This document shows positions 1 to 11,000 of a DNA stretch of 63,730 nt, piece after piece. Both the position numbers and the translations under genes were made by a program. The notes beneath the pieces were generated by a model, which saw nothing but the letters and a program-made list of their open reading frames with translations, was not told the origin of the DNA and did not search any database. The stretch comes from Euprymna scolopes (lineage: Eukaryota): the NCBI GenBank assembly GCA_053919585.1, contig CM132814.1, one strand, 5' to 3'. Numbering within the stretch: position 1 is the first letter of the stretch; each line of letters opens with the position of its first letter.

Positions 1-215
1 GTGCTAATAACTGCCAAACTACTTATACCAGTTAAGCACTTCCGCAATTATTATTTATTTATTCAAAGACAGATAACAAACAACAAGTAACCCTCCGACC
101 CCTCGTCACTACCCCCCTACAAAAGTAGAGGTTGCAAGAAATAAGACATAACATTAAGTTTACCTATTCACATATAACTAGGTTAGCCATTCGTTTTTCA
201 TGGAGATGGTCGAAG

Positions 216-239
216 ATGGGTATAGCGACCACCAGACTT
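216..239 (+). repeat. 24-bp dispersed direct repeat, copy 1 (copy 2 at 1321-1344)
   Basis: ATGGGTATAGCGACCACCAGACTT vs ATGGATGTAGCGACCACCAGACTT; 22/24 identical, last 17 bp exact. Confidence 0.8.
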
Positions 240-549
240 TTACTGCGTCGTCGTCGCTGTCGCCGAGATATGCAGAGTTGAATAACAATAATGTATAACG
301 TATAAGTCTGTTTCTAATTACGGCATCTCAAACTTTTTTTTTTGTTAATGTAATGCCAAAATGCAACAAAATGCAACAGTTGATTGTTATGGTTTTTTCT
401 GTTTTGACATCTCAATCCTTGCTTATATTTTCAAGTTAGCGTTGAAGATATGGATTGCTTCAGACTTTGACAATCTAGTGATTCCATCTTTTATGAAAGT
501 GGTGGAGGGTGATAACGTACGTAAAATGTAGAAATGCCATATCATATTA

Positions 550-581
<32 letters not shown>

Positions 582-605
582 ATCTCTATCTCTCTCTCTC
601 TCTCG

Positions 606-638
<33 letters not shown>
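550..638. repeat. Compound microsatellite (CT)n then (TA)n
   Basis: Visible (CT)n at ~550-604 and (TA)n at ~609-638. Confidence 0.97.
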
Positions 639-641
<3 letters not shown>

Positions 642-663
642 GTTTTTTCACCGATGTAAAGGA

Positions 664-803
664 TGACATCATAATGCTATGACGTCATACACGGCGTCAC
701 AGAAGCTGACGTCATGTCTTGTGATCCCTATGACGTCATCGCCTTACATGACGTCATTTCTATAATCACAATGTCACGTCATCTCTATGACGTCACAACG
801 TCA
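664..803. promoter_or_regulatory. Cluster of CRE/ATF-type palindromes TGACGTCA (motif cluster; function unproven)
   Basis: Perfect TGACGTCA at 680, 707, 731, 749 and 788; near matches at 664, 692, 774 and 796. Confidence 0.5.
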
Positions 804-1072
804 TGTATGGTGGGGACATTCCCCGGGCAACGCCGGGCAGCTTGCTAGTATCTAGATAATATCATAGTTTTGGCTTCAGACAAAATGTGCCATTTTTATT
901 CTGTAGATGGCTGGCATAAATACATACATGCCATGATATTATTTGCCATCTTTGAAGGCTAAAAAAGTGTATTCGAGTTCGAGTCTTACGTTTGACACAA
1001 CATCCAGATCAGGGAGGTAACGGTGACTTAGTGGTTAACGACGCTGACTGTCAACCCGGATGTGTTAAGTTC

Positions 1073-1139
1073 AAAGATAGAATTGCCAGATTGCCAGATT
1101 GCCAAAAGTTCAATCTGGTAATCTGGCAATTCTGTCTTT
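1073..1139. repeat. Inverted repeat / hairpin, 29-bp arms with 9-nt loop (MITE remnant or structured RNA)
   Basis: 1073-1101 pairs with 1111-1139; 27 Watson-Crick pairs plus 2 G.T pairs; arms contain tandem ATTGCCAG. Confidence 0.85.
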
Positions 1140-1320
1140 CAAAAATCTGGAGTGATAAGGTATATACGAACATGACAATGTCATAGCATATTAATTTATA
1201 AATAATAATAACATAAATTGGGGTTTAAACATACAGATACGAAATCTCTTTTAGTGATAATAGATATATTTTGTATCCTGCGTATACGTTTGATGCTGTT
1301 TGACAAAACAAGGATGATAA

Positions 1321-1344
1321 ATGGATGTAGCGACCACCAGACTT
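1321..1344 (+). repeat. 24-bp dispersed direct repeat, copy 2
   Basis: 22/24 match to 216-239. Confidence 0.8.
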
Positions 1345-1751
1345 ACTTATGTTGGTAGTGTAGAAGAATAGAATGTTTCTGTATATATAAAGTAGTAGCG
1401 TTTATGCGTGTGTCTGTGTGTACAACTCTCCTACACCCCATAATACTGGACCGATCATGACCAAACATTGCATGATGATGCCCCCCCCACCCACCTAGGG
1501 ATGGTGCACACCATTTTTCATTTTTGATGTATGGAAGTGAACACCTCGCTAGTAATAGTTGAGGATACAAAGTGCATGAAATTTTTTCATCGAATCTACA
1601 AATGCAATTGAAATTGTCTTCTGGTTGCATCTGGGGTCACTAGAGGCAATTATCGGTTAGGTTTATAAAATAACTTAAATATATGAGAATCTAAAGAAAG
1701 TAAAAGTTACTTTTTTAAAACAAAATTAAACAAAAGATATATCTTAGTTAA

Positions 1752-1753
<2 letters not shown>

Positions 1754-1835
<82 letters not shown>
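1754..1835. repeat. (TA)n microsatellite, ~40 units
   Basis: Uninterrupted TA run. Confidence 0.98.
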
Positions 1836-1838
<3 letters not shown>

Positions 1839-2054
1839 AAATTTTAGACATTTTAATTGTTGGTATTTTTTTTAAAATCAAACATAATTCAAAAAACAAA
1901 ACAAATTTCGATTGTTGACGTCATTTGCTGTTTTACAGGTGCATGATTATTTCTCTTTCAAAATAAAACTTTGTTCATTTATGGTTTTATTTTTTTAACT
2001 CATCATGATAGCATTTCCTTCTATCTTGAGATCCACTGTCAGTCAGTCTCTGAG

Positions 2055-5000
2055 GCATCCCTCAGGTTCATAACGAAGCATCCCTCAGGTTCATAACGAA
2101 GCATGCCTCAGGTTCATAACGAAGCATGCCTCAGGTTCATAACGAAGCATGCCTCAGGTTCATAACGAAGCATCTCTCAGGTTCATAACGAAGCATGCCT
2201 CAGGTTCATAACGAAGCATGCCTCAGGTTCATAACGAAGCATGCCTCAGGTTCATAACGAAGCATCCCTCAGGTTCATAACGAAGCATGCCTCAGGTTCA
2301 TAACGAAGCATGCCTCAGGTTCATAACGAAGCATCCCTCAGGTTCATAACGAAGCATGCCTCAGGTTCATAACGAAGCATGCCTCAGGTTCATAACGAAG
2401 CATGCCTCAGGTTCATAACGAAGCATCCCTCAGGTTCATAACGAAGCATCTCTCAGGTTCATAACGAAGCATGCCTCAGGTTCATAACGAAGCATGCCTC
2501 AGGTTCATAACGAAGCATGCCTCAGGTTCATAACGAAGCATCCCTCAGGTTCATAACGAAGCATCTCTCAGGTTCATAACGAAGCATCCCTCAGGTTCAT
2601 AACGAAGCATCTCTCAGGTTCATAACGAAGCATGCCTCAGGTTCATAACGAAGCATGCCTCAGGTTCATAACGAAGCATGCCTCAGGTTCATAACGAAGC
2701 ATCCCTCAGGTTCATAACGAAGCATGCCTCAGGTTCATAACGAAGCATCTCTCAGGTTCATAACGAAGCATCTCTCAGGTTCATAACGAAGCATGCCTCA
2801 GGTTCATAACGAAGCATGCCTCAGGTTCATAACGAAGCATCCCTCAGGTTCATAACGAAGCATCTCTCAGGTTCATAACGAAGCATGCCTCAGGTTCATA
2901 ACGAAGCATGCCTCAGGTTCATAACGAAGCATGCCTCAGGTTCATAACGAAGCATCCCTCAGGTTCATAACGAAGCATCTCTCAGGTTCATAACGAAGCA
3001 TGCCTCAGGTTCATAACGAAGCATGCCTCAGGTTCATAACGAAGCATGCCTCAGGTTCATAACGAAGCATCCCTCAGGTTCATAACGAAGCATGCCTCAG
3101 GTTCATAACGAAGCATCTCTCAGGTTCATAACGAAGCATCTCTCAGGTTCATAACGAAGCATGCCTCAGGTTCATAACGAAGCATGCCTCAGGTTCATAA
3201 CGAAGCATCCCTCAGGTTCATAACGAAGCATCTCTCAGGTTCATAACGAAGCATGCCTCAGGTTCATAACGAAGCATGCCTCAGGTTCATAACGAAGCAT
3301 GCCTCAGGTTCATAACGAAGCATCCCTCAGGTTCATAACGAAGCATCTCTCAGGTTCATAACGAAGCATCCCTCAGGTTCATAACGAAGCATCTCTCAGG
3401 TTCATAACGAAGCATGCCTCAGGTTCATAACGAAGCATGCCTCAGGTTCATAACGAAGCATGCCTCAGGTTCATAACGAAGCATCCCTCAGGTTCATAAC
3501 GAAGCATCTCTCAGGTTCATAACGAAGCATCCCTCAGGTTCATAACGAAGCATCTCTCAGGTTCATAACGAAGCATGCCTCAGGTTCATAACGAAGCATG
3601 CCTCAGGTTCATAACGAAGCATGCCTCAGGTTCATAACGAAGCATCCCTCAGGTTCATAACGAAGCATCTCTCAGGTTCATAACGAAGCATCCCTCAGGT
3701 TCATAACGAAGCATGCCTCAGGTTCATAACGAAGCATGCCTCAGGTTCATAACGAAGCATCCCTCAGGTTCATAACGAAGCATGCCTCAGGTTCATAACG
3801 AAGCATGCCTCAGGTTCATAACGAAGCATGCCTCAGGTTCATAACGAAGCATCCCTCAGGTTCATAACGAAGCATCTCTCAGGTTCATAACGAAGCATGC
3901 CTCAGGTTCATAACGAAGCATGCCTCAGGTTCATAACGAAGCATGCCTCAGGTTCATAACGAAGCATCCCTCAGGTTCATAACGAAGCATCTCTCAGGTT
4001 CATAACGAAGCATCCCTCAGGTTCATAACGAAGCATCTCTCAGGTTCATAACGAAGCATGCCTCAGGTTCATAACGAAGCATGCCTCAGGTTCATAACGA
4101 AGCATGCCTCAGGTTCATAACGAAGCATCCCTCAGGTTCATAACGAAGCATCTCTCAGGTTCATAACGAAGCATCCCTCAGGTTCATAACGAAGCATGCC
4201 TCAGGTTCATAACGAAGCATCCCTCAGGTTCATAACGAAGCATGCCTCAGGTTCATAACGAAGCATGCCTCAGGTTCATAACGAAGCATCCCTCAGGTTC
4301 ATAACGAAGCATGCCTCAGGTTCATAACGAAGCATGCCTCAGGTTCATAACGAAGCATGCCTCAGGTTCATAACGAAGCATCCCTCAGGTTCATAACGAA
4401 GCATCTCTCAGGTTCATAACGAAGCATGCCTCAGGTTCATAACGAAGCATGCCTCAGGTTCATAACGAAGCATGCCTCAGGTTCATAACGAAGCATCTCT
4501 CAGGTTCATAACGAAGCATCTCTCAGGTTCATAACGAAGCATGCCTCAGGTTCATAACGAAGCATGCCTCAGGTTCATAACGAAGCATCTCTCAGGTTCA
4601 TAACGAAGCATCCCTCAGGTTCATAACGAAGCATCCCTCAGGTTCATAACGAAGCATCCCTCAGGTTCATAACGAAGCATCCCTTAGGTTCATAACGAAG
4701 CATGCCTCAGGTTCATAACGAAGCATCTCTCAGGTTCATAACGAAGCATCTCTCAGGTTCATAACGAAGCATGCCTCAGGTTCATAACGAAGCATGCCTC
4801 AGGTTCATAACGAAGCATCTCTCAGGTTCATAACGAAGCATCTCTCAGGTTCATAACGAAGCATCCCTCAGGTTCATAACGAAGCATGCCTCAGGTTCAT
4901 AACGAAGCATCCCTCAGGTTCATAACGAAGCATGCCTCAGGTTCATAACGAAGCATCTCTCAGGTTCATAACGAAGCATCTCTCAGGTTCATAACGAAGC

Positions 5001-8000
5001 ATGCCTCAGGTTCATAACGAAGCATCCCTCAGGTTCATAACGAAGCATGCCTCAGGTTCATAACGAAGCATCTCTCAGGTTCATAACGAAGCATCTCTCA
5101 GGTTCATAACGAAGCATCCCTCAGGTTCATAACGAAGCATGCCTCAGGTTCATAACGAAGCATCTCTCAGGTTCATAACGAAGCATCTCTCAGGTTCATA
5201 ACGAAGCATCTCTAAGGTTCATAACGAAGCATCCCTCAGGTTCATAACGAAGCATCTCTCAGGTTCATAACGAAGCATCTCTCAGGTTCATAACGAAGCA
5301 TCTCTAAGGTTCATAACGAAGCATCCCTCAGGTTCATAACGAAGCATCTCTCAGGTTCATAACGAAGCATCTCTAAGGTTCATAACGAAGCATCCCTCAG
5401 GTTCATAACGAAGCATCTCTCAGGTTCATAACGAAGCATCTCTCAGGTTCATAACGAAGCATGCCTCAGGTTCATAACGAAGCATGCCTCAGGTTCATAA
5501 CGAAGCATGCCTCAGGTTCATAACGAAGCATCTCTCAGGTTCATAACGAAGCATCTCTCAGGTTCATAACGAAGCATCTCTAAGGTTCATAACGAAGCAT
5601 CCCTCAGGTTCATAACGAAGCATCTCTCAGGTTCATAACGAAGCATCTCTCAGGTTCATAACGAAGCATCTCTCAGGTTCATAACGAAGCATCCCTCAGG
5701 TTCATAACGAAGCATGCCTCAGGTTCATAACGAAGCATCTCTCAGGTTCATAACGAAGCATCTCTCAGGTTCATAACGAAGCATCTCTAAGGTTCATAAC
5801 GAAGCATCTCTCAGGTTCATAACGAAGCATCCCTCAGGTTCATAACGAAGCATCTCTCAGGTTCATAACGAAGCATCCCTCAGGTTCATAACGAAGCATC
5901 TCTCAGGTTCATAACGAAGCATCCCTCAGGTTCATAACGAAGCATCTCTCAGGTTCATAACGAAGCATCTCTCAGGTTCATAACGAAGCATCCCTCAGGT
6001 TCATAACGAAGCATGCCTCAGGTTCATAACGAAGCATCTCTCAGGTTCATAACGAAGCATCTCTCAGGTTCATAACGAAGCATCTCTAAGGTTCATAACG
6101 AAGCATCCCTCAGGTTCATAACGAAGCATCTCTCAGGTTCATAACGAAGCATCTCTCAGGTTCATAACGAAGCATCTCTAAGGTTCATAACGAAGCATCC
6201 CTCAGGTTCATAACGAAGCATCTCTCAGGTTCATAACGAAGCATCTCTAAGGTTCATAACGAAGCATCCCTCAGGTTCATAACGAAGCATCTCTCAGGTT
6301 CATAACGAAGCATCTCTCAGGTTCATAACGAAGCATGCCTCAGGTTCATAACGAAGCATGCCTCAGGTTCATAACGAAGCATGCCTCAGGTTCATAACGA
6401 AGCATCTCTCAGGTTCATAACGAAGCATCTCTCAGGTTCATAACGAAGCATCTCTAAGGTTCATAACGAAGCATCTCTCAGGTTCATAACGAAGCATCCC
6501 TCAGGTTCATAACGAAGCATCCCTCAGGTTCATAACGAAGCATCTCTCAGGTTCATAACGAAGCATGCCTCAGGTTCATAACGAAGCATCTCTCAGGTTC
6601 ATAACGAAGCATCTCTCAGGTTCATAACGAAGCATGCCTCAGGTTCATAACGAAGCATCCCTCAGGTTCATAACGAAGCATGCCTCAGGTTCATAACGAA
6701 GCATCTCTCAGGTTCATAACGAAGCATCTCTCAGGTTCATAACGAAGCATCCCTCAGGTTCATAACGAAGCATCCCTCAGGTTCATAACGAAGCATGCCT
6801 CAGGTTCATAACGAAGCATCTCTCAGGTTCATAACGAAGCATCTCTCAGGTTCATAACGAAGCATCTCTCAGGTTCATAACGAAGCATCTCTCAGGTTCA
6901 TAACGAAGCATCCCTTAGGTTCATAACGAAGCATGCCTCAGGTTCATAACGAAGCATCCCTTAGGTTCATAACGAAGCATCTCTCAGGTTCATAACGAAG
7001 CATCTCTCAGGTTCATAACGAAGCATCTCTCAGGTTCATAACGAAGCATCCCTCAGGTTCATAACGAAGCATCTCTCAGGTTCATAACGAAGCATCCCTC
7101 AGGTTCATAACGAAGCATGCCTCAGGTTCATAACGAAGCATCTCTCAGGTTCATAACGAAGCATCTCTCAGGTTCATAACGAAGCATCTCTCAGGTTCAT
7201 AACGAAGCATCTCTCAGGTTCATAACGAAGCATCCCTCAGGTTCATAACGAAGCATCCCTCAGGTTCATAACGAAGCATCTCTCAGGTTCATAACGAAGC
7301 ATGCCTCAGGTTCATAACGAAGCATCTCTCAGGTTCATAACGAAGCATCTCTCAGGTTCATAACGAAGCATCCCTCAGGTTCATAACGAAGCATCTCTCA
7401 GGTTCATAACGAAGCATGCCTCAGGTTCATAACGAAGCATCTCTCAGGTTCATAACGAAGCATCTCTCAGGTTCATAACGAAGCATCTCTCAGGTTCATA
7501 ACGAAGCATCTCTCAGGTTCATAACGAAGCATCTCTCAGGTTCATAACGAAGCATCCCTCAGGTTCATAACGAAGCATCTCTCAGGTTCATAACGAAGCA
7601 TCTCTCAGGTTCATAACGAAGCATCTCTCAGGTTCATAACGAAGCATGCCTCAGGTTCATAACGAAGCATCTCTCAGGTTCATAACGAAGCATCCCTCAG
7701 GTTCATAACGAAGCATCTCTCAGGTTCATAACGAAGCATCTCTCAGGTTCATAACGAAGCATCTCTCAGGTTCATAACGAAGCATCTCTCAGGTTCATAA
7801 CGAAGCATCTCTCAGGTTCATAACGAAGCATCCCTCAGGTTCATAACGAAGCATCTCTCAGGTTCATAACGAAGCATCTCTCAGGTTCATAACGAAGCAT
7901 GCCTCAGGTTCATAACGAAGCATGCCTCAGGTTCATAACGAAGCATCTCTCAGGTTCATAACGAAGCATCTCTCAGGTTCATAACGAAGCATCTCTCAGG

Positions 8001-11000
8001 TTCATAACGAAGCATCTCTCAGGTTCATAACGAAGCATCTCTCAGGTTCATAACGAAGCATCCCTCAGGTTCATAACGAAGCATCTCTCAGGTTCATAAC
8101 GAAGCATGCCTCAGGTTCATAACGAAGCATGCCTCAGGTTCATAACGAAGCATCTCTCAGGTTCATAACGAAGCATCTCTCAGGTTCATAACGAAGCATG
8201 CCTCAGGTTCATAACGAAGCATGCCTCAGGTTCATAACGAAGCATCTCTCAGGTTCATAACGAAGCATCCCTCAGGTTCATAACGAAGCATGCATCAGGT
8301 TCATAACGAAGCATCTCTCAGGTTCATAACGAAGCATGCCTCAGGTTCATAACGAAGCATCTCTCAGGTTCATAACGAAGCATCCCTCAGGTTCATAACG
8401 AAGCATCTCTCAGGTTCATAACGAAGCATCTCTCAGGTTCATAACGAAGCATCTCTCAGGTTCATAACGAAGCATCCATTAGGTTCATAACGAAGCATCT
8501 CTCAGGTTCATAACGAAGCATCCCTCAGGTTCATAACGAAGCATCTCTCAGGTTCATAACGAAGCATCTCTCAGGTTCATAACGAAGCATCTCTCAGGTT
8601 CATAACGAAGCATCTCTCAGGTTCATAACGAAGCATGCCTCAGGTTCATAACGAAGCATCTCTCAGGTTCATAACGAAGCATCTCTCAGGTTCATAACGA
8701 AGCATCTCTCAGGTTCATAACGAAGCATCTCTCAGGTTCATAACGAAGCATCCCTCAGGTTCATAACGAAGCATGCCTCAGGTTCATAACGAAGCATCTC
8801 TCAGGTTCATAACGAAGCATCCCTCAGGTTCATAACGAAGCATCCCTCAGGTTCATAACGAAGCATCTCTCAGGTTCATAACGAAGCATCTCTCAGGTTC
8901 ATAACGAAGCATCCCTCAGGTTCATAACGAAGCATCCCTCAGGTTCATAACGAAGCATCTCTCAGGTTCATAACGAAGCATGCCTCAGGTTCATAACGAA
9001 GCATCCCTCAGGTTCATAACGAAGCATCTCTCAGGTTCATAACGAAGCATCTCTCAGGTTCATAACGAAGCATGCCTCAGGTTCATAACGAAGCATGCCT
9101 CAGGTTCATAACGAAGCATCTCTCAGGTTCATAACGAAGCATCCCTCAGGTTCATAACGAAGCATGCCTCAGGTTCATAACGAAGCATCTCTCAGGTTCA
9201 TAACGAAGCATGCCTCAGGTTCATAACGAAGCATCTCTCAGGTTCATAACGAAGCATCCCTCAGGTTCATAACGAAGCATCTCTCAGGTTCATAACGAAG
9301 CATCTCTCAGGTTCATAACGAAGCATCTCTCAGGTTCATAACGAAGCATGCCTCAGGTTCATAACGAAGCATCTCTCAGGTTCATAACGAAGCATCCCTC
9401 AGGTTCATAACGAAGCATCTCTCAGGTTCATAACGAAGCATCTCTCAGGTTCATAACGAAGCATCTCTCAGGTTCATAACGAAGCATCTCTCAGGTTCAT
9501 AACGAAGCATGCCTCAGGTTCATAACGAAGCATCTCTCAGGTTCATAACGAAGCATCCCTCAGGTTCATAACGAAGCATGCCTCAGGTTCATAACGAAGC
9601 ATCTCTCAGGTTCATAACGAAGCATCTCTCAGGTTCATAACGAAGCATCTCTCAGGTTCATAACGAAGCATCTCTCAGGTTCATAACGAAGCATCCCTCA
9701 GGTTCATAACGAAGCATGCCTCAGGTTCATAACGAAGCATCTCTCAGGTTCATAACGAAGCATCCCTCAGGTTCATAACGAAGCATGCCCTCAGGTTCAT
9801 AACGAAGCATCTCTCAGGTTCATAACGAAGCATCTCTCAGGTTCATAACGAAGCATCTCTCAGGTTCATAACGAAGCATCTCTCAGGTTCATAACGAAGC
9901 ATCTCTCAGGTTCATAACGAAGCATGCCTCAGGTTCATAACGAAGCATCTCTCAGGTTCATAACGAAGCATCTCTCAGGTTCATAACGAAGCATCTCTCA
10001 GGTTCATAACGAAGCATCTCTCAGGTTCATAACGAAGCATCTCTCAGGTTCATAACGAAGCATCTCTCAGGTTCATAACGAAGCATCTCTCAGGTTCATA
10101 ACGAAGCATCTCTCAGGTTCATAACGAAGCATGCCTCAGGTTCATAACGAAGCATCTCTCAGGTTCATAACGAAGCATCTCTCAGGTTCATAACGAAGCA
10201 TCCCTCAGGTTCATAACGAAGCATCTCTCAGGTTCATAACGAAGCATGCTCTCAGGTTCATAACGAAGCATGCTCTCAGGTTCATAACGAAGCATCTCTC
10301 AGGTTCATAACGAAGCATCTCTCAGGTTCATAACGAAGCATGCCTCAGGTTCATAACGAAGCATGCTCTCAGGTTCATAACGAAGCATCTCTCAGGTTCA
10401 TAACGAAGCATCTCTCAGGTTCATAACGAAGCATGCTCTCAGGTTCATAACGAAGCATCTCTCAGGTTCATAACGAAGCATGCCTCAGGTTCATAACGAA
10501 GCATCTCTCAGGTTCATAACGAAGCATCTCTCAGGTTCATAACGAAGCATCTCTCAGGTTCATAACGAAGCATGCCTCAGGTTCATAACGAAGCATCTCT
10601 CAGGTTCATAACGAAGCATCTCTCAGGTTCATAACGAAGCATCTCTCAGGTTCATAACGAAGCATGCCTCAGGTTCATAACGAAGCATGCCTCAGGTTCA
10701 TAACGAAGCAATCTCTCAGGTTCATAACGAAGCATCCCTCAGGTTCATAACGAAGCATCTCTCAGGTTCATAACGAAGCATCTCTCAGGTTCATAACGAA
10801 GCATGCTCTCAGGTTCATAACGAAGCATCTCTCAGGTTCATAACGAAGCATCTCTCAGGTTCATAACGAAGCATCTCTCAGGTTCATAACGAAGCATCTC
10901 TCAGGTTCATAACGAAGCATCTCTCAGGTTCATAACGAAGCATCCCTCAGGTTCATAACGAAGCATCCCTCAGGTTCATAACGAAGCATGCTCTCAGGTT

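Larger units (their letters stand above)
550..848 (+). mobile_element. Non-autonomous Helitron-like element, 3' portion (5' boundary not determined)
   Basis: GC-rich subterminal hairpin CCCGG-GCAACG-CCGGG (822-837), then CTAG (845-848) followed by T; this matches the canonical Helitron 3' end (hairpin + CTRR, inserted before T). Internal microsatellites and TGACGTCA repeats lie upstream. Confidence 0.65.

Noticed and set aside
856-964. Fragmentary inverted repeats (ATAATATCAT/ATGATATTAT, AGATGGC/GCCATCT)
   Set aside because: Pieces are short and not colinear; at most a scrambled MITE relic
992-1630. 64-aa and 95-aa ORFs
   Set aside because: Short, no recognisable domain; one runs through the inverted repeat
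2067-2077. STAT or heat-shock element in TTC-ATAAC-GAA
   Set aside because: The spacer is 5 nt; STAT needs 3-4 and HSE needs 2
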